Part shown: in pieces, positions 28,196 to 36,626 of the stretch
How positions within the stretch are numbered: the first letter of the stretch is position 1
Layout of the letters: the number at the start of each line of letters is the position of its first letter
IMG/VR virus record: IMGVR_UViG_2558860259_000003
Reading direction: 5' to 3' (one strand)
DNA: 64,000 nt
DNA from: an uncultured virus (IMG/VR IMGVR_UViG_2558860259_000003)
Taxonomy: Duplodnaviria > Heunggongvirae > Uroviricota > Caudoviricetes
Program-made: the position numbers and the translations under genes
Notes under the pieces: generated by a model
The model's database searches: none
Seen by the model: only the letters and a program-made list of their open reading frames with translations
Told to the model about the DNA's origin: nothing

Positions 28196-29011
28196 ATGAC
28201 CAATGCAATAGAACAACTCATAAAAATGCACGATCCGCGCTGTGTAAGTGCGGAGGCAATGAACATAGGCCGTGGTCGTGCCTCCTTGACCAGGGAGCAA
28301 ATCCTCGGTGCTTTCGCAGCTGCTCAGCACCAGCATTCGCTGGGCCTTGATATTCTGATGGCTAAATACCGCAGCGATTGCTTGGCAGAACAGCGCGTAC
28401 GGATGGCGATTAACGTATGGGTACACCAGCGACCACACCCGGCACGCGCAGCGGCTGCATGTCAGTTGGCCCTCAGTATCGTGCTAGAGCGCAATGTGCC
28501 TGCGCAGATTGCACATATTGCATCGTTACTGCGACGGTACGGGCCACGGACAGCGCAAACCCGAAAGAAGATTGAAACCCTACAGACGCAGATCAAGTAT
28601 CTGGAGAAGCAGCGTAGCAAAACCAGCATCAGCGATAACACATATCATGAGATCGGTTTTGACATTATTGATATTAACCGCAGCATTGAGCGTGAGCGCA
28701 TATCACTGCGGGCGTGGTCAGAACAGCATGCCACGACAACCAACCTTTGCCCGCGCTGTTCCGGCACTGGCAGAATCGCCAAGCCACACCCAGCAGAATG
28801 TGAAGAGTGCAACGGCAAGGGGAAAATACCGGCCAACATGGAGCACCTGCGTAAATCGATGCGTATCATAGGGGCTGAGGTAGCGCCTGGTGACTGGGCT
28901 GGTAAATATGCCGGTTTGGTTAAGAGGTGCATGGATTGGTTGTATATTGAGGAATCGAATGCGACATTAATTTTGTCTGAACGACTTCAAAATGAGAGAC
29001 AGGCGTTCTAA
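28196..29011 (+). CDS. Probable Q-like late antiterminator with zinc finger
   Basis: Last nin-region gene before lysis; CPRCSGTG..CEECNGKG finger; start within the shared 15-mer. Confidence 0.7.
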   Translation: MTNAIEQLIKMHDPRCVSAEAMNIGRGRASLTREQILGAFAAAQHQHSLGLDILMAKYRSDCLAEQRVRMAINVWVHQRPHPARAAAACQLALSIVLERNVPAQIAHIASLLRRYGPRTAQTRKKIETLQTQIKYLEKQRSKTSISDNTYHEIGFDIIDINRSIERERISLRAWSEQHATTTNLCPRCSGTGRIAKPHPAECEECNGKGKIPANMEHLRKSMRIIGAEVAPGDWAGKYAGLVKRCMDWLYIEESNATLILSERLQNERQAF

Positions 29012-29053
29012 CGGATTATTAGCATGATGTTTTCACATATATGGAGATAAAAA

Positions 29054-29446
29054 ATGAGTACGAGTGCTCGCAAGTATGACATTTTTGAAGCAGCCTCTTT
29101 CGCTAATGAAAATGCAAAATGTGACGTGCATACATCTGATAATGGTATTGAAATACAGTGGGCATGGAAAAATGGGATTTTTGATATGTCAATTACCCCA
29201 GAACAAGCCAATGATGACTTTGCATCTTTGCGGGAAATTTTCAGAAGTGCTAGAGAAATGAGAGGGATGGATTTCCTTCCTGCTTTGGAATCTCAAATTG
29301 AGATCATTACAGCTATGCAGTTGGCTGCTAAAGGGATTAAAGCTGATAAAAATAGTGAGCTAGCATTAGGCGCTTTGCAAAAGGGGATCGAAGCTTTAAC
29401 GGCTAATATCCGTGACTTGATAAAAGATGCATCACCTAAGGATTGA
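29054..29446 (+). CDS. AT-rich hypothetical protein (moron)
   Basis: GGAG RBS, 130 aa, lower GC than flanks. Confidence 0.6.
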   Translation: MSTSARKYDIFEAASFANENAKCDVHTSDNGIEIQWAWKNGIFDMSITPEQANDDFASLREIFRSAREMRGMDFLPALESQIEIITAMQLAAKGIKADKNSELALGALQKGIEALTANIRDLIKDASPKD

Positions 29447-29484
29447 TTCGTCGCTAAAAACGCGCTAAATTTCGGAAAGATGCC
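29443..29484 (+). promoter_or_regulatory. Late promoter 1 (pR'-like)
   Basis: TTGATT-17 bp-TAAATT with shared ACGCGC and CGGAAAGAT; followed by two terminator hairpins. Confidence 0.7.
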
Positions 29485-29560
29485 GAGGTATGCTTAAAAG
29501 CTGCCTCGGTTTTTTATTGGTCAGTCCAAAGCCTGCATGGTTCGCCCAGCAGGCTTTTTT
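29478..29560 (+). ncRNA. Candidate ~80-nt two-hairpin sRNA antisense to the shared early-gene RBS motif
   Basis: Hairpin 29483-29509, linker TTATTGGTCAGTCC (29514-29527), terminator hairpin 29528-29560; expression not shown. Confidence 0.5.
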
Positions 29561-29586
29561 ATTTCCCCGAACCGGGGAGGTGGAGT

Positions 29587-29826
29587 ATGAAAATGCAGGA
29601 GAAATCAAGCCTAGCGGCCTACATCTCTTCGGGATCCTTGGTTGTCATAGGGAAAATAGGTGCGTGGTTTAACGATCTTACACTCAATGAATGGGCGATC
29701 GTCATCGGCATTATTATGGCTACCGTGACATGTGCCGCCAATATCTACTTCCAGCGCAGACAAACACGTGCAATTGAAAAAGCCTCTCAAGTTGACACGA
29801 TAATCATTACTGGACGTGTGAAATGA
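29587..29826 (+). CDS. Holin
   Basis: Small TM protein with dual-start-like MKM, LNEWAIVIGI..NIYFQRR; precedes endolysin. Confidence 0.8.
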   Translation: MKMQEKSSLAAYISSGSLVVIGKIGAWFNDLTLNEWAIVIGIIMATVTCAANIYFQRRQTRAIEKASQVDTIIITGRVK

Positions 29827-30365
29827 CGATTAAGAATAAAATCGTTACCGCCATCTGTTCGGTGTCTGCAATTATTGGGCTTATAGAGGCAGAGGAATAT
29901 ATTTCTGCAAACGATAACCATCTCCGATTTTCAAAAGCTGCAATGGAGGTTATGGGGAATGCCGAAGGGTGCCGGCGCGAACCATATCTTTGCCCAGCGA
30001 ATATTATGACGCAGGGTATCGGACATACAGGAAAAGGGGTGGCTGTTGTCAACAAAGCCAGCGACAAGCAGATAGCCCGTTGGTTTGCTGAGGATCAATT
30101 GGGTGCTCAGAATTGCATTGAAATTAATGTTGAGCGAAAGCTGGGAAAAAAAATCCCTCAAGGTGCATTCGATGGGATCGGGAGCTTTATTTTTAACGTG
30201 GGGTGTCCTCAGTTTACATCGTCCACGATGTACCGCTATCTGCTGAACGGCAAAATCGTAGCCGCTTGTGAACAATTACCACGCTGGATTTATGCCGGAA
30301 AAACTATTCTCCCAGGGCTAGTAGCCCGAAGAGAGAAAGAGAAAGCACTCTGTCTATCTCGCTGA
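29823..30365 (+). CDS. Endolysin (GH24 lysozyme, possible SAR type)
   Basis: EGCRREPYLCPANIMTQGIGHT, FIFNVG, ACEQLPRW, LPGLVARREKE; hydrophobic N-terminus. Confidence 0.9.
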   Translation: MTIKNKIVTAICSVSAIIGLIEAEEYISANDNHLRFSKAAMEVMGNAEGCRREPYLCPANIMTQGIGHTGKGVAVVNKASDKQIARWFAEDQLGAQNCIEINVERKLGKKIPQGAFDGIGSFIFNVGCPQFTSSTMYRYLLNGKIVAACEQLPRWIYAGKTILPGLVARREKEKALCLSR

Positions 30366-30497
30366 GAACAGACCATTTTCGGTCGAATTAAGCCCAAATA
30401 TATGCAAATCGGTAATGCTACGTGAAATCTGTAATCACTGTGGTTGTCATTGCCCGTACTTTTTTCATAGCAAACGGCTTTTAGCCCGGATCCTGAT

Positions 30498-31040
30498 ATG
30501 ACCAACAAAATCACTCTCGCGATTACCGGCGTGTTGGCGGTGGTGATCCTTGCGCTCGGCGCTGCTGCTTTCTACTTCCATGGTGAATCAGTTGACCGGG
30601 CGAGAGAACTGCGGCAGGCGAAAATCGATGTGGATATCGCCAACGCAAACAACGCAATGCAAGCCCTCCAGTTCCAGCGCGCCAACGAGATATCGGCAGC
30701 CGCTGGCCAGTACGTCGTAACCATTCAAGCCAAAAGTGAGGAACGTCAAAATGAAAACCGTAAGGCGCTCAAGAATGAGGAATGCGCTGATCGCTACATC
30801 CCTGACTCTACTGCTCAGCGCCTGCTCCAATACGCGGACGGTCTACGTGCCGTCGCAATGCGTGATTCCGGCCAACCTGACAGTGCCGCTGCTGGTGCCC
30901 GTACCACTGGCAGACTGACATACCGCCAGGCGGTGCTCTGGATTGACCCTCTGCTCACTGTACTGGATAGGGCAAACAACGACCGTGCCGCTATCCGCCA
31001 GCTCCCGCACCAACAACCAACTCAGCAGGAAAAGCCATGA
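30498..31040 (+). CDS. Rz-like inner-membrane spanin (C-terminus appears frameshifted into Rz1 sequence)
   Basis: N-terminal TM, coiled coil, ECADRYIP. Confidence 0.75.
   Translation: MTNKITLAITGVLAVVILALGAAAFYFHGESVDRARELRQAKIDVDIANANNAMQALQFQRANEISAAAGQYVVTIQAKSEERQNENRKALKNEECADRYIPDSTAQRLLQYADGLRAVAMRDSGQPDSAAAGARTTGRLTYRQAVLWIDPLLTVLDRANNDRAAIRQLPHQQPTQQEKP
30751..31040 (+). pseudogene. Rz1-like outer-membrane lipoprotein spanin with 1-nt deletion near 30904
   Basis: Lipobox LLLSAC and Pro-rich segment stop at 30918; the expected C-terminus (LTYRQAVLW..LDRANNDRAAIRQ) is in the other frame; span 290 = 3n+2. Confidence 0.7.
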
Positions 31041-31594
31041 ACGAACAAGACATCGAAAAGGAATTACAGAGTAAGGGGCTGAACGCTCCACGCATCACCC
31101 CGGATCATATTCAGCGCGTGCAGAAGTGCGGTCAGTATTACCGATTCCCTGGTACCACTGTGATCGTCTGCTGCATCACGTTGGAGAATGGGTATACCGT
31201 TACCGGTGAAAGCGCATGCGCCAGTCCTGAGAACTTTGACGAGGAAATTGGCCGTAAAATCGCGCAACAGAATGCGGTAAACAAAATCTGGGGGCTTGAG
31301 GGGTACTTACTCCGCCAGAAATTGCATGAGCAAACACCACCAGCCGTGGGAACCACTGAATCCTGTGGTGCAATGCCAATCTCTGACTTGCAGCCACACC
31401 AACAGCGTGTTGTTGACGAACGCAACGAGTTAGAAGATCGCCTGTATAGGTTGTCTAGCTTTATTGCTGGTACGGTATTCCCAAGACTGCCTGAGCAAGA
31501 CCGCCAACTGCTAGAAGCTCAGCAACACACTATGTCGGCCTACGTCGAAGTATTGACCCAGCGCATTGAACTATTTACTCAGACACTCAACTGA
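31037..31594 (+). CDS. Gp49/Sf6-gp66-family domain fused to crAss001_48-like domain (candidate nucleotide-signal sponge)
   Basis: APRITPDHI..CCITLENGYTVTGESACASPENFDEEIGRKIA..IWGLEGYLL, then PHQQRVVDERNEL..LLEAQQHTMSAYVEVLTQRI. Confidence 0.75.
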   Translation: MNEQDIEKELQSKGLNAPRITPDHIQRVQKCGQYYRFPGTTVIVCCITLENGYTVTGESACASPENFDEEIGRKIAQQNAVNKIWGLEGYLLRQKLHEQTPPAVGTTESCGAMPISDLQPHQQRVVDERNELEDRLYRLSSFIAGTVFPRLPEQDRQLLEAQQHTMSAYVEVLTQRIELFTQTLN

Positions 31595-31667
31595 TTACTC
31601 ATTACAGAGGTCATTCCCTGAGTGGCCTCAATAATGGCGGCAAACAGAGAATAATAAAAAACATCAC

Positions 31668-32531
31668 ATGGCAAAGCATGACTGGAAAGCGCTGCAGGCT
31701 GAGTTTCTAGCGGAGAACGCGGCTACAGGGATAACTGCTCAGCAGTGGTGTGAGAACCGTGGGTTGAACTATCAGTCAGCCAGGCGTTACATCAAACCTC
31801 GTGCTGCGCAATCTGCGCAAAACAAACAGCGCAATACTGCGCACAATGCGCAGCGCAATAAGAATGCGCAAAACTGCGCAAAGCCTGATGATTCAAACGA
31901 TGAAGAAGATGATGGTTCGATGGACGCAAACGCAGAGCCAGAAATCGATCCGGATCCAGGCGTGAAACCAAACTCCGGCAGGGATGGCGGCGGCAGATTC
32001 ACTGCTGGCAACAAGAACTCTGCTGGCAACCGTGGCAATCCAGCGCCAGTGACGATGTTTACTCATCGCAACCAGACTGCGCGAAAGCATTCAGCGTATG
32101 CCAAATATTTGGATGCTGATGACCTGTTCGAAGCGGTCGCTGATTCAGACCTGCATGATGAGCTGGTATTCACTCGGGCGCGGGCGCTTTCGGTCACCAA
32201 AACGATGAAGCAGATCATGCAGGATTTGCAAAATTCTGAGAGTGTCGATCAGCGCATTGAGCTTTACGACAAACTACTGCGGGCCGAGCAGGGACTGGAT
32301 AAGAACATTGCGCGCATTGAGTCAATCGAGCGCACGCTCAGTGCGTTAGCATTGGATGCTGTTAATCGCCCGCGCCTCAGCGAAGATACGCTGCGCATCA
32401 AAGCGGCCACGTCCAAGCTGAAAGCCGAAACACAGAAGCTTACTGCTGAGAGTAAGGATGTCACAACACCGCTTTCCGGCATCGTGTCAGATATTCAGGG
32501 CATGTCTGATAACGGACTGATGTCCAAATGA
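31668..32531 (+). CDS. Terminase small subunit
   Basis: N-terminal HTH (DWKALQAEF..WCENRGLNYQSARRYI), GRFTAGN, ARKHSAY; upstream of TerL. Confidence 0.8.
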   Translation: MAKHDWKALQAEFLAENAATGITAQQWCENRGLNYQSARRYIKPRAAQSAQNKQRNTAHNAQRNKNAQNCAKPDDSNDEEDDGSMDANAEPEIDPDPGVKPNSGRDGGGRFTAGNKNSAGNRGNPAPVTMFTHRNQTARKHSAYAKYLDADDLFEAVADSDLHDELVFTRARALSVTKTMKQIMQDLQNSESVDQRIELYDKLLRAEQGLDKNIARIESIERTLSALALDAVNRPRLSEDTLRIKAATSKLKAETQKLTAESKDVTTPLSGIVSDIQGMSDNGLMSK

Positions 32532-34243
32532 CAACGCCGCAATACGACGCATGGCTCGTTGATGATGAGCTCAGCGGGATGACCGAAGCACAGCAGCGCC
32601 TGTTCATCATCACGAAACTGGCTAACCCATGGTGGCGGTTAAACAACCTCTACAAGATCGAGAACGAAAAGGGGGAGGTGGTAACGTTCCGGTTGCGTGC
32701 GGCACAGCGTGCGCTGCTCGAATCGATGCATTATCGCAATATCATCCTGAAGGCTCGCCAATTGGGCTTTTCCACGGCTATTGATATTTACCTGCTTGAT
32801 CAAGCGCTGTTCAACAACAACCTCAAGTGCGGGATCGTGGCGCAAGATAAGCAGGCAGCTGGTGAAATCTTCCGTACCAAGATTGCGTTTCCGTTCGACA
32901 ACCTTCCGGGCTGGCTGAAAGCCAACTTCAAAATTGCCGAGCGGCGTAGTGGGGCTAATGGTGGCTCAATTTTGTTTGCCCACGGCAGCAGTATCCAAGT
33001 GGCTACGTCATTCCGCTCTGGTACTGTCCAACGCCTGCATATTTCAGAGCACGGCAAGATCTGCGCGAAATACCCGGCGAAGGCTAAAGAGGTGCGAACC
33101 GGTACGCTGAACGCGATCCACGATGGCTGCATCGCTTTCATCGAGTCTACGGCAGAAGGTGTGGGCGGCGATTTCCATGAGATGAGCACTCAAGCAATGG
33201 AACTTGAACAGTCTGGCGTTGATCTGACTCTGCAAGACTGGAAGTTCCATTTCTTTGCCTGGTGGCAAGACCCGAAATACACCGCGTTGGTACCGGCTGG
33301 CGGGCTGATCCTGAGCAAATACCATCGGGAGTATTTTGCTGCCGTTGAAAAATCGATGCATATCACGCTCAGCGATGAACAGCGGCAGTGGTATGTGGCC
33401 AAGGAAATCAATCAGCGCGATGAGATGAAGCAGGAGTTTCCGAGCACACCACTCGAAGCATTCTTGACGTCTGGCCGCCGGGTATTCGACTCAATCAGCA
33501 CAATGAGCGCACAGGCATTCTGTAAACCGCCGCTATTGGTCTACGACACCGACCCTGTTACCGGCAAAAGAACCAAGGTGCAGGCACTGCGCAGCGGCAA
33601 GAATGAGGATTTGGTTCGCACGTTGCATAACTTGCTCCTTGTCTGGGAGCTACCAGATCCAGACGAGGATTACGCCATCGGCGCTGACGTAGCGGAAGGC
33701 TTGGAAAATGGCGACCGATCATCATTTGATGTGATCAAGAAAAGCAGCGGCGAGCAGGTAGCGCATTGGTTCGGTCATCTTGATGCCGAACTGTTCGCAC
33801 AACTGCTGGCGCACGTTGGCAAGTGGTACGGCACCGCATACATCGGGCCAGAGCGTAACAACCACGGCCATGCTGTTTTGCAGAAGTTGCGCGATATCTA
33901 CCCGCTGCGCGCCATCTACGCCGAGCAATACCTCGATCGGCAGGATGACGACGAAACGCCAAAGCTTGGCTGGCTCACAACGAAGCAGAGCAAGCCAATC
34001 GTTACTGAAGGGTTGAAAACGCTGCTGCGTAACGGTGTCAGCGGTATCCGCTGGATCGGCACCCTCAACGAATTGAACACCTACGTTTACGATAAGAAGG
34101 GCAGCATGGGTGCGCAAACCGGTTGTTTCGATGACCAGGTGATGAGTTATGCCATTGCCCAAGAGATGCGCGCCCGTATGCCAGCCCGTCCGAAAGTTAC
34201 CCCTATCGACAGATCTAAACCTACTAACTGGATGTCTCACTGA
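32528..34243 (+). CDS. Terminase large subunit
   Basis: ILKARQLGFST (Walker A), LHISE (Walker B), IESTAEG, IGADVAEG, FDDQVMS. Confidence 0.93.
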   Translation: MTTPQYDAWLVDDELSGMTEAQQRLFIITKLANPWWRLNNLYKIENEKGEVVTFRLRAAQRALLESMHYRNIILKARQLGFSTAIDIYLLDQALFNNNLKCGIVAQDKQAAGEIFRTKIAFPFDNLPGWLKANFKIAERRSGANGGSILFAHGSSIQVATSFRSGTVQRLHISEHGKICAKYPAKAKEVRTGTLNAIHDGCIAFIESTAEGVGGDFHEMSTQAMELEQSGVDLTLQDWKFHFFAWWQDPKYTALVPAGGLILSKYHREYFAAVEKSMHITLSDEQRQWYVAKEINQRDEMKQEFPSTPLEAFLTSGRRVFDSISTMSAQAFCKPPLLVYDTDPVTGKRTKVQALRSGKNEDLVRTLHNLLLVWELPDPDEDYAIGADVAEGLENGDRSSFDVIKKSSGEQVAHWFGHLDAELFAQLLAHVGKWYGTAYIGPERNNHGHAVLQKLRDIYPLRAIYAEQYLDRQDDDETPKLGWLTTKQSKPIVTEGLKTLLRNGVSGIRWIGTLNELNTYVYDKKGSMGAQTGCFDDQVMSYAIAQEMRARMPARPKVTPIDRSKPTNWMSH

Positions 34244-36366
34244 TGAATACAGCCATGAATACCACTGCCGATGTTTCTCAGCAGGACAATCGCGACCGCT
34301 TTACTCAGCAACAACTGTTGGATATTTCGGCTGATATCGACGCACAGCCGGAATGGCGCACGACGGCAAACACGGCCTGCGCCTATTACGATGGTGATCA
34401 GCTTGCGCCGGAACTGGTGGCAACGCTCCGTAAGCGCGGACAGCCGTTGACCATGCACAACTTGATAGCACCAACGATCGACGGCGTGCTGGGTATGGAG
34501 GCAAAGACACGTACCGACCTGATGGTCATTGCCGACGACCCAAGCCCGGAAATGGAGCAAATGGCCGAAGCCGTTAACGCTGAGTATTCAGACGCTTGTA
34601 GGTTGAGTAATTTGAACAAGGCACGCTCTGATGCATACGCAGAGCAGATCAAGGCTGGGCTTAGCTGGGTTGAAGTGCGCCGTAATTCAGATCCTTTCGG
34701 GCCAAAGTACAAAGCCGGTACTGTACATCGGAACGAAGTGTTCTGGGATTGGTTCAGCCGTGAAGCCGATCTCAGTGATTGCCGCTGGTTGATGCGAAAG
34801 CGCTGGACGGACGTGGATGAAGTGAAAGCCATGTGCCCAGATAAGGCAGAAATCATTGATTACTCAGTGCGGGAATGGCAAGGCTTTGTTCAAACCGATC
34901 TGGCCGAGGGCCAAGAATCCAATCTGATTAGTGGGTATGAGGAATACACATCGTATAGCCGCCAGGAATCTGAGTGGATCACGACAAACCGCAAGCGTGT
35001 CTTGATGCAGGTGATCTACTACCGCACCTACCAGCAGTTGCCGGTGATGGAGCTGTCGAATGGCCGGGTGATCCAGTACGACAAAAACAACGTGATGCAT
35101 GCGGTAGCGCTGGCCACTGGCCGAGTATCGGTAACCATGGCGCGCGTCAGTCGGATCCGTGAAGCTTGGTTTGCCGGGCCGCACTTCCTCGTTGACCGGC
35201 CATGCAGTGCGCCGCAGGGCATGTTCCCGCTGATACCGTTCTGGGGTTACCGCAAGGATAAGACAGGCTCACCTTATGGACTGGCGTGCCGCGCTATCCC
35301 GGCGCAGGATGAAGTCAACTTCCGCCGCATCAAGTTAACCTGGTTGCTGCAGGCCAAGCGAGTGATCAAGGATGCCGATGCCACAAACATGACTGACAAG
35401 CAACTCATGGAGGAGATGGAACGTCCGGATGGCGTGGTCAACCTTAACCCCGATCGGAAAAACAAAAAAACTATCGCCGAAGCCCTGACGATTCAACAGG
35501 ATTTCCAAGTCGCACAGCAGCAGTTTTCTGTCATGCAGGAATCGATGAAGCTGATTCAGGATGGCATGGGAGTGTACTCAGCGTTCCTCGGGCAGGATTC
35601 AAAGGCAACTTCAGGCATCGCTATCAGCAATCTGGTAGAACAAGGGGCCACGACGCTCGCAGAAATCAACGACAACTACCAATTTGCCTGCCAACAGGTC
35701 GGCCAACTGCTTTTATCATATCTTCTGGAGGATTTGAGCCGTCGCAAAAATTACCCGGTGGTGATTAACCGTGATGATCCTCGCCGCCGCAAAGAGATTG
35801 TGCTCAACGTTCAGGCAGAAGAAGGCGGGATGACAAACGACGTTTCCCGCTTGCGTGCTCATATTGCCTTGGCACCAATCCAGCAGACTCCAGCCTATAA
35901 GTCACAACTTGCTGAACGTATGTCGCAGGTGATCAGCGGATTGCCGCCACAAGCGCAAGCTATCGTCCTCGATATGTGGCTTGAGTTGCTGGATATCCCG
36001 AATAAGAATGAGTTCATCGAGCGGATCCGTACCGCGCTGGGAACGCCGAAAACGCCGGATGAAATGACGCCAGAAGAACAGCAGGCACAGCAACAAGAAC
36101 AACAGGTGCAACAGGCGCAGCAAGAACTGGCAATGCGCGAGATCCAGGCCAAGGTCGCCAGGTTAGAGGCAGAAGCCAAACGAATTAATGAGCAGGCGAA
36201 CCGTGAAGCAGCGCTGGCAAACAGTCAGCGGTTTGATGATGCCAAGACGCAGGCGCAAACGGGGCAAATTCTGCAGGAGATGGAACACTACACGAACGAA
36301 GTAAATATGTTGGTTGATAACATAGATAGAACAATCCAGAGTGAAATTAACTCAATACCACTATAA
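34243..36366 (+). CDS. Portal protein (podovirus type)
   Basis: 707 aa after TerL; YYDGDQ, NLIAPTIDGVLG, C-terminal Q-rich coiled barrel. Confidence 0.88.
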   Translation: MNTAMNTTADVSQQDNRDRFTQQQLLDISADIDAQPEWRTTANTACAYYDGDQLAPELVATLRKRGQPLTMHNLIAPTIDGVLGMEAKTRTDLMVIADDPSPEMEQMAEAVNAEYSDACRLSNLNKARSDAYAEQIKAGLSWVEVRRNSDPFGPKYKAGTVHRNEVFWDWFSREADLSDCRWLMRKRWTDVDEVKAMCPDKAEIIDYSVREWQGFVQTDLAEGQESNLISGYEEYTSYSRQESEWITTNRKRVLMQVIYYRTYQQLPVMELSNGRVIQYDKNNVMHAVALATGRVSVTMARVSRIREAWFAGPHFLVDRPCSAPQGMFPLIPFWGYRKDKTGSPYGLACRAIPAQDEVNFRRIKLTWLLQAKRVIKDADATNMTDKQLMEEMERPDGVVNLNPDRKNKKTIAEALTIQQDFQVAQQQFSVMQESMKLIQDGMGVYSAFLGQDSKATSGIAISNLVEQGATTLAEINDNYQFACQQVGQLLLSYLLEDLSRRKNYPVVINRDDPRRRKEIVLNVQAEEGGMTNDVSRLRAHIALAPIQQTPAYKSQLAERMSQVISGLPPQAQAIVLDMWLELLDIPNKNEFIERIRTALGTPKTPDEMTPEEQQAQQQEQQVQQAQQELAMREIQAKVARLEAEAKRINEQANREAALANSQRFDDAKTQAQTGQILQEMEHYTNEVNMLVDNIDRTIQSEINSIPL

Positions 36367-36371
36367 GCCTA

Positions 36372-36410
36372 TTGCATCAAAAATAAATACGCGCTAGATT
36401 TCGGAATGAT
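36372..36410 (+). promoter_or_regulatory. Late promoter 2 (upstream of scaffold/capsid)
   Basis: TTGCAT-17 bp-TAGATT with ACGCGC and CGGAATGAT; followed by terminator hairpins at 36414-36445 and 36493-36517. Confidence 0.7.
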
Positions 36411-36626
36411 ATCAAGCCTCGCCTTTAAAAAAGCGGGGCTTTTTTATTTCCATCGGTCAGGTCAGTCTTTGTTGTTGGTATTTTTGCGTATTTGCCCGCC
36501 ATTGTGCGGGCATTTTTGTTTGTGCCGATAAGCACTTTGTCATTCAGAGCGCTTATTCGCACGGGCAGCGAAACGCCTATATCCATTTCGGATCTATCCG
36601 ACAAATAGACATGCAGGAGTTGTATC

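Noticed and set aside
8858..28199. Repeated 15-mer as a CRISPR array or integron attC series
   Set aside because: Copies are kilobases apart, irregularly spaced, on both strands and always at start codons; no cas gene or integron integrase
29446..29587. Shiga-toxin-like cargo downstream of Q, as in 933W
   Set aside because: Only ~140 nt of hairpin-rich non-coding DNA separates the promoter from the holin; no toxin ORF or tRNAs
31037..31594. Acb2/Tad1 or Tad2 label for the sponge candidate
   Set aside because: Sequence lacks the motifs I associate with those families; it fits Gp49 and crAss001_48-like domains better
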